From assembly GCA_963666985.2 (NCBI GenBank), contig CAXXIA010000001.1, forward strand, positions 1 through 64,000: DNA of 64,000 bases, read 5' to 3'. The DNA comes from Spirochaetia bacterium (GTDB lineage Bacteria; Spirochaetota; Spirochaetia; DSM-2461). Each line of letters begins with the position of its first letter. Within the stretch, counting starts at the first letter, position 1. Positions 30,823-41,344 of the stretch are shown here, piece by piece. A program made the translations under genes and the position numbers. The notes beneath the pieces are model-generated. The model ran no database searches. It was not told the DNA's origin and saw nothing but the letters and a program-made list of their open reading frames with translations.

Positions 30823-31350
30823 ATGTCTCAAGGGTATGTTGCCGTATCGGCCATGGGAGCGGACAGAGTCGGTCTGGCCGATGATATCGCCGCTTGGATT
30901 GAAGAGACCGGCGGCAATGTCGAGGAGAGCAAGATGGCGGTTCTCGGCGGCGAATTCGCGGTTATCATGCTTGTCAGCGGTTCCGATATCGCCGCGGATG
31001 CTCTGGTTTCAAGCGCTGAAAGCAGGGGAGGGGAGCTCGGTATCCGGCTGGAGGCGAAACGGACCACGCCGCCGAGTTCTTCGGGCGGCGGAATGCCTTA
31101 TTTCGTGGAGACCGTGTCTTTGGATACACCGGGAATCGTTCACGCGGTTACACGGGAAATTCGAGCTTTGGGTATCAGTATCGAGGATTTGGAAACGACT
31201 TCTTCCTCCGCGCCATGGACCGGTGCTCCGGTGTTTCGGATGAAAGCCCGTGTTATCCTTCCGAGCGGTATCGGTTTAGCCGATTTTAAGGAACATATGG
31301 ACGAGCTGGCCCATCGGCGGAATCTGGATTTACGACTTGAACCTGTATGA
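30823..31350 (+). CDS. Double-ACT protein, GcvR-like
   Basis: MGADRVGL...GGNVEESKMAVLGGEFA and a second ACT domain, SLDTPGIVHAVT. Confidence 0.8.
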   Translation: MSQGYVAVSAMGADRVGLADDIAAWIEETGGNVEESKMAVLGGEFAVIMLVSGSDIAADALVSSAESRGGELGIRLEAKRTTPPSSSGGGMPYFVETVSLDTPGIVHAVTREIRALGISIEDLETTSSSAPWTGAPVFRMKARVILPSGIGLADFKEHMDELAHRRNLDLRLEPV

Positions 31351-34300
31351 TCTCTGGCGCTATTTCGGTCCTCTGCCGCCGCCGCCCGAGATAGTCTATC
31401 AAGCCGATTCAAACGAAGCGTTCTCACGTTTATCGGAGGCTTATCGCCGCAATCCTGAAGATGCTCAGGCTCTGGCGGAGATTATTTCCTTCGCGCTGCG
31501 TTTTGCACGGCTGGACGGACTTAAAGATGTTATCTCCGAGGATGACTGGGAACACAATCCTTCCGGTCCGCTTTTTCGAGCGCGTCTGCGTTTTTTTCAT
31601 GCCTTTGCCGAACGTCCCGAGGGACCCGATTCGGATGAAATGGATAACGCGGCGAATGATTTTCTTCAGGCTGTAAAAAAAACTCCCTCCGACGCAAAAG
31701 CGGGCTTGGTGCGTCTTTTGGCGCTGAAGGGAGATCTTCATGAGGCCGAGCGAACCTTGCGGCGATTGATTTTCTTTGGCGGAAAAGCAGCGCGGCCCGC
31801 GGCGGCCGGGGCCTGCTTGTTTCTGGCCGAATCGCCGGCGGTGCCGATGGGACGCCGCCGGAGGTACCTGAAATCGGCTCGATTGCTTTTGCTCTGTTCC
31901 CGAGGAACTGAAGAGAGGGGTACCTCCGGAGAGGACGGGACCGATTTGATTACGGCTCTCGTTGAGTGGCGGCTGGGCCGCGGAGAGGCTTCTTTGCGAA
32001 GGCTGGAAGGAGCGGCGGCGAAAGGCGGCGAAGAAGCTTATTTTCTTCATCTGAGGGAACAATGCGAGCTGTATTCGGGAAACCCGTCTCCGGAGTATCG
32101 GAAAAGGCTGTTCGAATTGATTTCCCGATACAAGAAACTCCGTCCTTCGGATGCGAGAGCCTTTGTTCTTGAGGGGGACTTGCTTCGTCATGAGGATCCG
32201 GCGACGGCGAATATCGCATGGCGGAGCGCTTTGGTTTTGAACGAACGTCATGCGGACTCCTGGAACCGTTTGGGGATTCTTTATCGGGATTTATGGGAAC
32301 GGGGAGATGATGAGTTCCGGGAAAATTGGCTCGAGAACTCCCGCGATGCGCTCACGAAAGCCGTATTCTTGAATCCTCTGGATTCTTACAACCGGATGCT
32401 CTTGGGGATGGTGGAGCGGGAATCGGGCCGTTCGGTGAATGCGGTCGCCGTTCTTCGGGGAAGTTTGGCTCTGAACGATACCGATGAGACGGCACGCAGG
32501 TGGCTGGCGATGAGCTGGCTGGATTTGTGTTATTCGGAAGATTTGGATGCATCGGCAAGAAGGGCGGCGGCCGAACGGGCCGCCGAGGAATGGAAACGTC
32601 TGCTTAAAGACGAAGCTTCAACTTTTGACGTTTTGGGTTATGCGCGTTCTTTAGTGCTTTCGCGTGATGGAATCGAGGAATTGAAGGATCTTCTGAACGA
32701 AATAGAAGACAATCTCGATCAATACAATCCGGCCGATCTTGTGATTTTGGCCGAGGACTGCATCGGCATGGAAGAAAGGGATCTCGGTTCTTATCTTCTG
32801 GATCTTATTGAAGCGGTCTTGCCGCAGGAGCCGCGCATTCATGCTCTCAGAGGTGCCTTGGCGGAAGAAGAAGATCCGGCCGAATCGGTCCGCAGGTATT
32901 TGACGGCCGCGAGCTCGGTTGATTCGGAGAATGAATTCTTTTGTGATTGGCTTTTGGGAGCGGCCTCGGCCGCACGAGCCGCGGCGGGAGCTGCGGATGC
33001 CGAGGCGATTCTGCGCGACGGTTTGAAGAGGAAAAAAGCCGACAGGACTCTTTTAAGGGCTTTGGCGTCGCTTCTGCTGGAAACCGGGCGCGCCCGCGAT
33101 GCCTTTGAAGAGTACCGGAAAGCGGTTGAGAGAACTCCGGAAGATTCGGATCTTTTGGAGGACGCCGTTTGGTTCGGCCGGGAGGCGGATTTGCCCGGGG
33201 ATGCCGAGACTCTGCTGCGGAAAATTCTGAAACTGCGCCCGGAAGATTCCCGTCTTTGGAATCAGCTTGGAATCCATCTGATGGAAAGCGGCTGGGATGA
33301 ATCGGCCGATTCGATGCGAAAGGAGATTCTTGAGGACGCCGTCGAAGCGTATGGAAAGGCCGTGGCTCTGTTTCCTGAAAATAAAGTGTACCTCGGTAAT
33401 CTCGGCGACGCATTAAGGCAGGCCGGCCGATGGATGGAATCGGCCGAACTGCTGCACCGAGCGGTGGCGGACACGGATGATGACGGGCCGGGTGCGTTCG
33501 CCGTGAATGCTTTGGCACGTTTGGAGGATGAAACTTCTTATGCGTTCGAAGGCAGTGATGAAGCGGCGGAGGATTGGATTTCCGCGGGGAACCATTATAG
33601 AAGAGCCGTAGAGCTCGATGGAGAAAATGTCGATTTCATCAAGGATTACGCATGGTGGCTGTACCGGGAGCGCCGTGTTGAAGATGCTCTTGATGTGTAT
33701 ATGCGTGCCGAAGAAATGGATCCTTCGGACGAAAGCATCCCCTACGGTATTTTTTCCTGCCGCCGCGATTTGGGCGATGAGGTTCGTGCCGCGAACGATT
33801 TGGATCGGGCCTTGGCCATAAGACCTGACGATCCTTTTTTTCTTGCGGACAAGGCTGATTTAACGGCGTCTTTGGGAGATTTCGAAAAAGCCGATGCGCT
33901 TTTCGATTCCATTATTGCGATTACGGAAAATGCTTCTTGGGCCTGGGAACGGCGGGCTCAGCTTCGGGAACGGTGCGCGGCGGAAGCCTCTGAAGCCGTT
34001 GTTCCTCCTCGTCTTTCTTCCGACTCGACCGGCGGTTTCGAATGGGATTTCGTTTCCCTTCCCGGACGAACCGCCGAAGGCGACCGGCGTCGTCGTGCCG
34101 CTTTGGAGGCATGGGGGCGGGTTTATTCGGCAAATCCGGATAATTCAAGAGTTGAAGGGCGTCTCGGCGCGGTTCTGATGGATTTGGGGAGGACTGAAGA
34201 AGCGCGAAAGCTGCTGGAAGCCTCCCTGGCACGGGGCGTTCATCCCTGGGATGCCGAATCGTTAAATCGTTTGGGACGGCTGGATATGTCCGACGCCTTG

Positions 34301-34750
34301 GCAACGGATGATGGAAGCAAATGGAGTTCCTCCGGGGAGCGGTTTGCCGCCGCCGTGCTTTCCGATCCTCTTACGGCTTCTTATTATGCGGATGCCGGGT
34401 ACAGGTATTGGCTGAAGAGGGAATTCGATGCGGCGGCGGATTCTTTTCTTAAAGCCCATGAACGTGAGTCTCAAATTCCCGAATACGCCGCGAACGCGGG
34501 TATCTGCGCCTCGGCGGCCGGACGTTACGAAGAGGCGGAAGTATTGCTTCGCCGGGCCTTGGCCCTCGGAGGGGAAAACGGTGAATGGGAGAATTCCCTC
34601 GGTTTGGTTCTTATGGCTTTGGGGGAAACGATCGGCGCGATAGAAGTGTTTCGAACAGCCTGTTTGAGCAATCCTGAAAACGATGTTTTCACCGCGAATC
34701 TTACAATGGCTCAGAGTTCTCTTTATATTCCTCATGGGCCTCTTCAGTAA
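31337..34750 (+). CDS. Large TPR-repeat protein
   Basis: 1137 aa with many TPR-like helical repeats (e.g. WNRLGILY, LWNQLGIHL, YLGNLGDAL). Confidence 0.8.
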   Translation: MNLYDLWRYFGPLPPPPEIVYQADSNEAFSRLSEAYRRNPEDAQALAEIISFALRFARLDGLKDVISEDDWEHNPSGPLFRARLRFFHAFAERPEGPDSDEMDNAANDFLQAVKKTPSDAKAGLVRLLALKGDLHEAERTLRRLIFFGGKAARPAAAGACLFLAESPAVPMGRRRRYLKSARLLLLCSRGTEERGTSGEDGTDLITALVEWRLGRGEASLRRLEGAAAKGGEEAYFLHLREQCELYSGNPSPEYRKRLFELISRYKKLRPSDARAFVLEGDLLRHEDPATANIAWRSALVLNERHADSWNRLGILYRDLWERGDDEFRENWLENSRDALTKAVFLNPLDSYNRMLLGMVERESGRSVNAVAVLRGSLALNDTDETARRWLAMSWLDLCYSEDLDASARRAAAERAAEEWKRLLKDEASTFDVLGYARSLVLSRDGIEELKDLLNEIEDNLDQYNPADLVILAEDCIGMEERDLGSYLLDLIEAVLPQEPRIHALRGALAEEEDPAESVRRYLTAASSVDSENEFFCDWLLGAASAARAAAGAADAEAILRDGLKRKKADRTLLRALASLLLETGRARDAFEEYRKAVERTPEDSDLLEDAVWFGREADLPGDAETLLRKILKLRPEDSRLWNQLGIHLMESGWDESADSMRKEILEDAVEAYGKAVALFPENKVYLGNLGDALRQAGRWMESAELLHRAVADTDDDGPGAFAVNALARLEDETSYAFEGSDEAAEDWISAGNHYRRAVELDGENVDFIKDYAWWLYRERRVEDALDVYMRAEEMDPSDESIPYGIFSCRRDLGDEVRAANDLDRALAIRPDDPFFLADKADLTASLGDFEKADALFDSIIAITENASWAWERRAQLRERCAAEASEAVVPPRLSSDSTGGFEWDFVSLPGRTAEGDRRRRAALEAWGRVYSANPDNSRVEGRLGAVLMDLGRTEEARKLLEASLARGVHPWDAESLNRLGRLDMSDALATDDGSKWSSSGERFAAAVLSDPLTASYYADAGYRYWLKREFDAAADSFLKAHERESQIPEYAANAGICASAAGRYEEAEVLLRRALALGGENGEWENSLGLVLMALGETIGAIEVFRTACLSNPENDVFTANLTMAQSSLYIPHGPLQ

Positions 34751-34753
34751 TTT

Positions 34754-35677
34754 TTAGAACTTCCGACTCCGATCTTTTTTCTTTTGGCTCAAGAGAACAC
34801 CTAAGAGAACAACGGCGCTTCCGGTGATTTGAATCGGTGTAAGCCGTTCGTCCAGGAGCAGCCAGGCTCCGCAGGCGCTGACTACGGGAACCAAGTTGAT
34901 GAAAGATGAAGCCCTTGCGGCCGGGATGCGTCCCATGCTCCAGTTGTAGAGCCCGAAAGCGATGAGGGACGAAGCTGTTCCAAGGTAGAGGATGGGAAGA
35001 ATCGGCAGAGCGGAGAGTTCCATCCCGGATCGGATAATGCCGAACAGACCCGGGAGGAAGAAGAGTGCTCCCGCGGCCGTTTGAAGCGCCGTGAGCACCC
35101 ATGTACTGTATCGCCGGCATAATCCCCGTACGGCCACAAGATTTCCCGCGGCACAGATCATGGCAAGAAACTCCAGGGTATTTCCCAGAAACGGCCGGGA
35201 TGCCTTGCCGCCGGGATTCCCGCCGAACGTGATAATGGCGATTCCCGCGACGGCCAGAACCATGCCGAGGACCAGACGCTTGCCGAAAGGTTCCTTCAGA
35301 ACGGCCCATGCGCCCAATGCCGTTAAAATGGGTACCGTCGCCGATACCATTCCCGCCTGTGATGCCGTTGTAAATCGCAGGGCGTTGGATTCAAATAGAA
35401 AATAGATACAAGGCTGAAGCAAAACTGTCGGAAGCAGCAGTTTCCAATCGTTCTTTTTGTATGAGGATTGGAAGCTGAGGATGAATTTGGGCGTCAGAGG
35501 AAGAATGATGATGAAGGCGGTGAGTGATCTGAGGGACATCAGCCCGAAAGCACCGATTTCGGCAATCCCGCTTCTCATCGCCGCGAATGAGCCTCCCCAG
35601 AGGATAACCGCGGTAATGATGGCGGTATAGGGCAAAAGGGAAGATGAAGAGTTGGAAGTCGGTGCCTGTTTGTTCAT
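34754..35677 (-). CDS. DMT/EamA-family transporter
   Basis: ILWGGSF, LKEPF and FINLVPV...LLDERL motifs; about 10 TM. Confidence 0.88.
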   Translation of the reverse strand: MNKQAPTSNSSSSLLPYTAIITAVILWGGSFAAMRSGIAEIGAFGLMSLRSLTAFIIILPLTPKFILSFQSSYKKNDWKLLLPTVLLQPCIYFLFESNALRFTTASQAGMVSATVPILTALGAWAVLKEPFGKRLVLGMVLAVAGIAIITFGGNPGGKASRPFLGNTLEFLAMICAAGNLVAVRGLCRRYSTWVLTALQTAAGALFFLPGLFGIIRSGMELSALPILPILYLGTASSLIAFGLYNWSMGRIPAARASSFINLVPVVSACGAWLLLDERLTPIQITGSAVVLLGVLLSQKKKDRSRKF

Positions 35678-35781
35678 ATGGATTCGATTATGGCCTGAAA
35701 GCCTTGAGTCGGCCATCCCCGTATTCCGGAGAAGATTCCATGTTTATTATTCGAAGAAGCCAAAAGGGATTTGACAATACA

Positions 35782-35818
35782 GGTTTTCTATAAGAAACTG
35801 AGTTTCTTATAGAAAACC
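35782..35818. promoter_or_regulatory. Perfect 18-bp inverted repeat (tandem IclR-type operator) over the iclR promoter
   Basis: GGTTTTCTATAAGAAACT-g-AGTTTCTTATAGAAAACC, directly downstream of TTGACA (35771-35776). Confidence 0.7.
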
Positions 35819-35851
35819 GTCCTGTACGGTTTTCTTCCGATGGAGTTTTTT

Positions 35852-36619
35852 ATGCCCTCATATATCATCCCCGCTTTGGTTCAGAGTTTTTCCGTTATTC
35901 AATGCATCTCCGAAAATTCGGACGGGATTACTTTTTCCGACATCGTAGCGGAAACCGAAGTGCCGAAGTCCACGGTTTTCAGAATCCTTCATACTTTCGA
36001 GAATAATTCGTGGGTTGAAAAACGGGGGGATCGCTACCATCTCGGGTATATGTTTATCCACTACGGGCTTACAACGCTTTCGGGCCGTAGAATCGTCGAT
36101 ATAGCCGTACCGGTGTTGGATACTTTGGTGGAAAAGGTAGGGGAAACCGCGCATTTAGCCGTTTTGTCCGGTAAAAATTCCATGATTCTCGAAGTCCGTG
36201 AATCGAACAAACACATCAAATTAACCTCTTCGGCCGGCCAATTGCTCCCCTTATACTGCACTTCTCACGGAAAAATCTTTCTCGCGTACATCATTGGAAA
36301 CGATCTGGAAGGATTCTATTTCGGTGAAACCCTCGAAAAGCGTACTGAGCATACAATTACGGATTTATCGTCACTCAGAACCGAACTCCGGAAGATCAGG
36401 GTTCAAGGGTATTCGGTGGACAATCAGGAATATCACGAGAACGTCCGATGCTGCGCGGCTCCGATTTTCGACCGCAGCGGCGGCTGTATCGGGGCCATAG
36501 GAGTAACGGGAACAACGATGACGTGTACGAGTGAACGGATGGAGGAGATTTCCGTTTTGGTAAAGGATGCCGCCGCGGGAATCTCCAAACAGATGGGTTT
36601 AATAAAAAATCAACATTGA
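35852..36619 (+). CDS. IclR-family transcriptional regulator
   Basis: HTH (PKSTVFRILHT); GETAHL, PLYCTSHGK and GYSVDNQE...CCAAPIFD motifs. Confidence 0.93.
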   Translation: MPSYIIPALVQSFSVIQCISENSDGITFSDIVAETEVPKSTVFRILHTFENNSWVEKRGDRYHLGYMFIHYGLTTLSGRRIVDIAVPVLDTLVEKVGETAHLAVLSGKNSMILEVRESNKHIKLTSSAGQLLPLYCTSHGKIFLAYIIGNDLEGFYFGETLEKRTEHTITDLSSLRTELRKIRVQGYSVDNQEYHENVRCCAAPIFDRSGGCIGAIGVTGTTMTCTSERMEEISVLVKDAAAGISKQMGLIKNQH

Positions 36620-36644
36620 CATCCTGTTTCTATGGAATTACGAT
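36616..36644 (+). promoter_or_regulatory. Sigma70-type promoter of the TRAP operon
   Basis: TTGACA-17 nt-TACGAT. The -35 box overlaps the iclR stop codon. Confidence 0.65.
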
Positions 36645-36699
36645 GGTGTATCCCACATATGAAACATGGTTTTATATATGAAACCAAAAGGAGCGTTTT

Positions 36700-37719
36700 A
36701 TGAAAAAATCGGTACTCGGGCTGTTCGTTCTTTTTGCCTTGGCCGGGTTCGCTTTCGCCGGCGGCAGCGAAGATGCGGCATCCTCATCCGAGGCTCAAAG
36801 TTATGTTTTTAAGTATGCTCATACCCAATCACCGGAGCATCCTCGAAGCAAATCAATGGAATTCTTCAAAGAACAGCTGGAGAAGGCCTCCGGCGGCCGA
36901 ATCCAAGTGGAACTCTACTTCGGCGGTGTTTTGGGAAAGGAAGCCGAAGTCCTCGATATGGTCAAACTCGGTAATGTTCAGGGATGCCGGGGCGGTCTGT
37001 TTGAACGCGCCAACAAAAAGTTTCTCATCTACACGCTTCCCTTTATTTTTGAGAATACCGATCAGGTCCTGAGAGTCATGGACAGTGAGTTCGGCGATAA
37101 AGTGAATGCCGGAGCACGGGAAAACGGTCTTTACATTCCCGCGACCGGGGTTGCCGGCGGCTTCCGCAATATCACCAACAACGTTCGTCCCGTTGTTACG
37201 GTTGCCGACATTAAAGGTCTTAAGATGCGCACTCCGCCTATCGACATGACCATCAAGACCTTTGCCGCTCTCGGCGCCAATCCTCAGCAGGTTGCTTATA
37301 CCGAAACCTACATGGCGTTGAAAAACGGCGTTGTGGACGGCCAGGAGAATCCTTTTTCCAACACCGTCGATATGAAGTTCTATGAAGCGCAGAAATATCT
37401 TTCGGTTGTGAATTGGCAGGTTCATCCGGATCCGCTGTATGTATCGCCCGATTGGTACGACGCACTCCCCGAAGATTTAAAGAATATTTTCGACTCGGTA
37501 GCCGATGCTACGATGAAGTATTCCAATCAGATCTGGCTCGGTTCGGAAAAAGATTACTTCTACGTTCTTAAGGATCACCTGGCGGTCAACGAATTGACTT
37601 CCGCGGCCCGCGCCGGATTCGTCGAAGCGGTCAAGCCCGTTTGGCAGGGCTATGTCGATGATGACTATTTCACCTGGGATGAAATCAACGAAGTGATCGC
37701 CATCGCCTCCGGAAAATAA
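36700..37719 (+). CDS. dctP: TRAP transporter substrate-binding protein
   Basis: GFRNITN, KGLKMRTP and ALKNGVVDGQENP motifs; signal peptide. Confidence 0.92.
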   Translation: MKKSVLGLFVLFALAGFAFAGGSEDAASSSEAQSYVFKYAHTQSPEHPRSKSMEFFKEQLEKASGGRIQVELYFGGVLGKEAEVLDMVKLGNVQGCRGGLFERANKKFLIYTLPFIFENTDQVLRVMDSEFGDKVNAGARENGLYIPATGVAGGFRNITNNVRPVVTVADIKGLKMRTPPIDMTIKTFAALGANPQQVAYTETYMALKNGVVDGQENPFSNTVDMKFYEAQKYLSVVNWQVHPDPLYVSPDWYDALPEDLKNIFDSVADATMKYSNQIWLGSEKDYFYVLKDHLAVNELTSAARAGFVEAVKPVWQGYVDDDYFTWDEINEVIAIASGK

Positions 37720-37796
37720 CCTGATTTTTTAATCTTCTTCGGCCGGGAGCAAAAATCCCGGCCGAAGCCGGCACTCTCAAGGAAGCGGTTCAGCTC

Positions 37797-38282
37797 ATGC
37801 AAAGTCCGAAAAAAATTCTTACCCGTATTCTGCATACAATCGTCACGGTGTTTTTCGGCGGGATTATCCTGCTCACCATTCTGCTTGTGATACTGCGGTA
37901 TCTCTTCAATTCGTCCATCATCGGCGGCAACGAGCTTATGGAGTACCTGTTCATCTATACCACGGCTTTAGGGGCCGCTGTCGCCATAGGGGAGCGGGAA
38001 CATATTTCCATATCTTATTTTCTGAACAAGATGCCCGAACCGCTCAGGACGATTGTCGATATTCTGGGATTGCTTCTTGTCGCGGCAATCAACATTCTGA
38101 TCGCCGTACTCAGCCGTCATTGGATATCAAAGGTGGGAACGGCCGAATCGCCGGTAATGCGTATCCCGATGTGGAGTGTTCAAATCAGTGTTCCGACCGG
38201 ATGTCTGCTTGCCGGTCTCTATTGTTTCTTCGTTATCATCGAGGAAATCCGAAACTATCGCGACGGAGGATCCGCCCGATGA
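37797..38282 (+). CDS. dctQ: TRAP small permease
   Basis: 4 TM; VILRYLFN...ELMEYL...HISI. Confidence 0.88.
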   Translation: MQSPKKILTRILHTIVTVFFGGIILLTILLVILRYLFNSSIIGGNELMEYLFIYTTALGAAVAIGEREHISISYFLNKMPEPLRTIVDILGLLLVAAINILIAVLSRHWISKVGTAESPVMRIPMWSVQISVPTGCLLAGLYCFFVIIEEIRNYRDGGSAR

Positions 38283-39556
38283 CTATCCTGCTCTTAAGTC
38301 TGATTCTGCTTGTTATGATCGGTGTTCCCATCGCTTATTCTCTGGGTATTTCCGGATTTCTTTATTTCGCGCTTATACATCCGGAATTAATTTCCATTTT
38401 GCCGCAGAGATTGTTTTCGGGAATGGAATCCTATTCCATGATTGCTTTGCCCCTGTTTATCCTGATGGGGCTCCTTATGAATGCCGGAGGGATAACGGCG
38501 AGGCTGATTGATTTTTCATTGCTTTTCGTCGGCAGGTTTCGCGGCGGACTTGGACTGGTTAATGTTCTTGCCAGCATGATTTTCGGGGGGATTTCCGGAT
38601 CGTCGGTCGCGGATACCGCTTCGGTGGGTGCCGTCCTTATCCCCGAGATGAAGAGAAAAGGATATACGGTCGAGTATGCCAGCGGTATTACCGTCGCTTC
38701 CTCGACGATGGGGATGATTATTCCGCCCAGTGTGCCTGTTGTTATCTATGCCTTGGCCGCCGAGGAATCTGTGGGACGACTCTTTTTGGGAAGCGCCATT
38801 CCCGGCCTTCTCATTGGGGTGGTTATGCTGTCGATTACACTCGTGATTTCTTATGCAAAAAAGCATCCGAGGGAAGAGATAAAGCTGAGTCGGCGTGAAA
38901 CGATGATTTGTATCCGCAGGGCCTTTTTGGCCGTCATCATGCCGATTTTTGTTATCGGTTCGGTGGTGCTGGGCATCGCCACGGCCACCGAATCCGCCGG
39001 TATCGGCGTTTTTTACGCGCTGATCCTCGGCCTTGTGGTTTTCAGATCGATGAAGCTGCGCGACGTTCCGCCTTTAATGAAGAACGCCATCATGACCAGC
39101 GCGCAGGTGATGATTATTATCGCGTTATCGAAGCTCTACATTTGGATACTGGCGATTGAGCGTGTACCCGAGGCCGTTGCCTCCGGTGTTCTGGCTTTAA
39201 GTCTGCCGCCTTTCCTCGTTTTACTTCTCGTGGATGTGATCATTCTGATCGCGGGAACCTTTATTGATGTGAGTCCCGCCATATTGCTGCTGACTCCCGT
39301 GTTTCTGCCTTTGGTGAACGCTCTTGGAGTTGACGGCGTACAGTTCGGAGTCATTCTTATTTCCGGCTTGGCTGTCGGTCTTGTTACGCCGCCGGTCGGT
39401 ATGTGCCTGAATGTCGCTTCGGCGATATCCAGATTGGAAATCGGTACCATATTTAAAGCCGCGCTTCCCTTCCTTGCGGCGAATCTGATTGTTCTCTTGG
39501 CTATTACGTATATTCCTTCCCTTACCCTCTGGCTTCCTGGCGTCTTAATGAAATAG
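38279..39556 (+). CDS. dctM: TRAP large permease
   Basis: ALPLFILMG, FGGISGSSVAD, IIPPS, ATATES and TPPVG motifs. ATG at 38279 overlaps the dctQ stop. Confidence 0.93.
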   Translation: MTILLLSLILLVMIGVPIAYSLGISGFLYFALIHPELISILPQRLFSGMESYSMIALPLFILMGLLMNAGGITARLIDFSLLFVGRFRGGLGLVNVLASMIFGGISGSSVADTASVGAVLIPEMKRKGYTVEYASGITVASSTMGMIIPPSVPVVIYALAAEESVGRLFLGSAIPGLLIGVVMLSITLVISYAKKHPREEIKLSRRETMICIRRAFLAVIMPIFVIGSVVLGIATATESAGIGVFYALILGLVVFRSMKLRDVPPLMKNAIMTSAQVMIIIALSKLYIWILAIERVPEAVASGVLALSLPPFLVLLLVDVIILIAGTFIDVSPAILLLTPVFLPLVNALGVDGVQFGVILISGLAVGLVTPPVGMCLNVASAISRLEIGTIFKAALPFLAANLIVLLAITYIPSLTLWLPGVLMK

Positions 39557-39566
39557 AATCTGCCGG

Positions 39567-40448
39567 ATGACTCAAACGTTTCAGAACCGGCCGCGTCTGA
39601 TGGTTTTTATCGTTGCCCTTCTTTTCAGTACGGCGGCCCCCGTTACGAAATTCGTCACCATGCCGGCCATAAGTGTTTCATTCTACAGGAGTCTCGTAGG
39701 CATTCCGTCCCTTCTGCTTTTAACTCTTCCCCGGTACGGACGTTCCCTTTTTCGCTTTTCTCCGCCGGACCTTTTTCAGGGGATTTTTTATGCGATGACC
39801 TCCCTGAGCTTTTTTTTGGCCCTGGGACGTACGAGTGCCGCCAACGCGACGATTTTATTTCAAACGACTCCGGTTTTCCTGATTCCCATGGGGTATCTGT
39901 TTCTGAAAGAAAAGACCGACATTTGGGATCTTGTAACCATCATTTTAATGATGATCGGCATCATTTTATGTTTCCAGGGTGATGTGGATACGCACGGGCA
40001 TTCCGGGGATCTTATCGCTCTGGGAGGTGCCGTTTCTTTCGCGTTTATGAATATCTTGATGAGAAAAACCGATTTTGTCGGCAGCATCAGGGGATTGCTG
40101 ATTGGAAACATTCTCATCGTTCTCATCGCCCTGCCGATGCAATTCGGAACGGCTCCCGTTCCTCGGGACCTTATCTTGGCGGGCTCCCTGGGCTTTATCC
40201 ATATGGCGCTGCCTTTTGTGATCTACAGCAGAGCCATATTGAGTTTACGGGCTTTGGAGGCTTCCATTTATAAGAATCTTGAAACCGTTACCGCGCCTTT
40301 GTGGGTGGCGCTTGTCGTTGGAGAAGTTCCGGGACTTTGGACGATTGCGGGATTCTTGTGCGTATTCTGCGCCCTGATCTTAAGAGCGCGGATGCATTCG
40401 TCCGTAGGGCTAAAAGCAAGGCTGAAAAGCAGCGCCGGTCAGAAATAG
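39567..40448 (+). CDS. DMT/EamA-family transporter
   Basis: About 10 TM; TSAANATIL, LFLKEK and ETVTAPLW motifs. Confidence 0.85.
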   Translation: MTQTFQNRPRLMVFIVALLFSTAAPVTKFVTMPAISVSFYRSLVGIPSLLLLTLPRYGRSLFRFSPPDLFQGIFYAMTSLSFFLALGRTSAANATILFQTTPVFLIPMGYLFLKEKTDIWDLVTIILMMIGIILCFQGDVDTHGHSGDLIALGGAVSFAFMNILMRKTDFVGSIRGLLIGNILIVLIALPMQFGTAPVPRDLILAGSLGFIHMALPFVIYSRAILSLRALEASIYKNLETVTAPLWVALVVGEVPGLWTIAGFLCVFCALILRARMHSSVGLKARLKSSAGQK

Positions 40449-41344
40449 AGCTTCAGCACGATATCCTGGTCGAAGTTGCCGAAACCGCGTCCGAAAATAT
40501 TAATGCCTCCGACATGCTCCGCATCTTCACGAACACCGATTGAAACACGAATGGAGTGATGGCTTTCCAATCTCAGATCGGTAAGTGAAATGTCGGACGT
40601 CTTTTTTCCGTTGATGAACGAACCTTCCGAAGTAACCGACCAAGTGGTTAAAAGTCCGTATTGCGAACCTTTGAGCTTCCACCAGTCCGGTGTGTATTTA
40701 CCGCGTTTGTCGCCGAAATCCCCCGGTGACGTCCAGGTACCGATTTCATCATCATTAATCGTCATAGTAATGTCCGAGGGCCATTTCGGATCGGTCCCAG
40801 GAGTCTCCGAAGAGAGCTCCAGGGAAATCTCCAGCCGTTTGAGAGGTCTCTCGACATTCAGAGAGTTGTTCGGGAATTGGTATTTAACCGAACCTTTTTC
40901 AAACCACAGAAGGCCCGCTTTCACGCGGTCCGGCTCCAGAAAAGATTCGGGAGCGTCCAGAAATCCGATGATTTTTCGGGGACTGCAGAGACCGCAGGGG
41001 GGAGAGATGGAGCAGTTGATGTAAAGGCCGATGGGCATTTCCACGGTAATCACATCATCGCTTCGTATCGGATCGTCATGGAAGCGGACGATAAACTCGG
41101 TGAACGGCGCCCGGCAGATTTTCTGCATGCCTTTTGTGGCCTTCTGAACTTCCGTTTCGATCAATCCGCATTTTTCCAGAGTCAGAACGTTGGTGGCCAC
41201 CGTCGATTGGGGAAGTCCCAGTTTCTGGGCTATGTCGTTAATATTGAGAGGGCCGTCCTGCAGTGAATTGAGGATATTGATTCGTATTTCCGATGCCAGA
41301 CCTTTGAGAATATGGACATCCTGCTTGGGATTCAGAATCAGCAT
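40439..41344 (-). CDS. ArsR-type HTH regulator with C-terminal sensor domain, divergent from the arabinan operon
   Basis: LASEIRINIL...LNINDIAQKLGLPQSTVATNVLTLEKCGLI (wHTH). C-terminal domain with PPCGL, ELSSETPG, WTSPGDFG and QYGLL. Confidence 0.8.
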   Translation of the reverse strand: MLILNPKQDVHILKGLASEIRINILNSLQDGPLNINDIAQKLGLPQSTVATNVLTLEKCGLIETEVQKATKGMQKICRAPFTEFIVRFHDDPIRSDDVITVEMPIGLYINCSISPPCGLCSPRKIIGFLDAPESFLEPDRVKAGLLWFEKGSVKYQFPNNSLNVERPLKRLEISLELSSETPGTDPKWPSDITMTINDDEIGTWTSPGDFGDKRGKYTPDWWKLKGSQYGLLTTWSVTSEGSFINGKKTSDISLTDLRLESHHSIRVSIGVREDAEHVGGINIFGRGFGNFDQDIVLKLYF

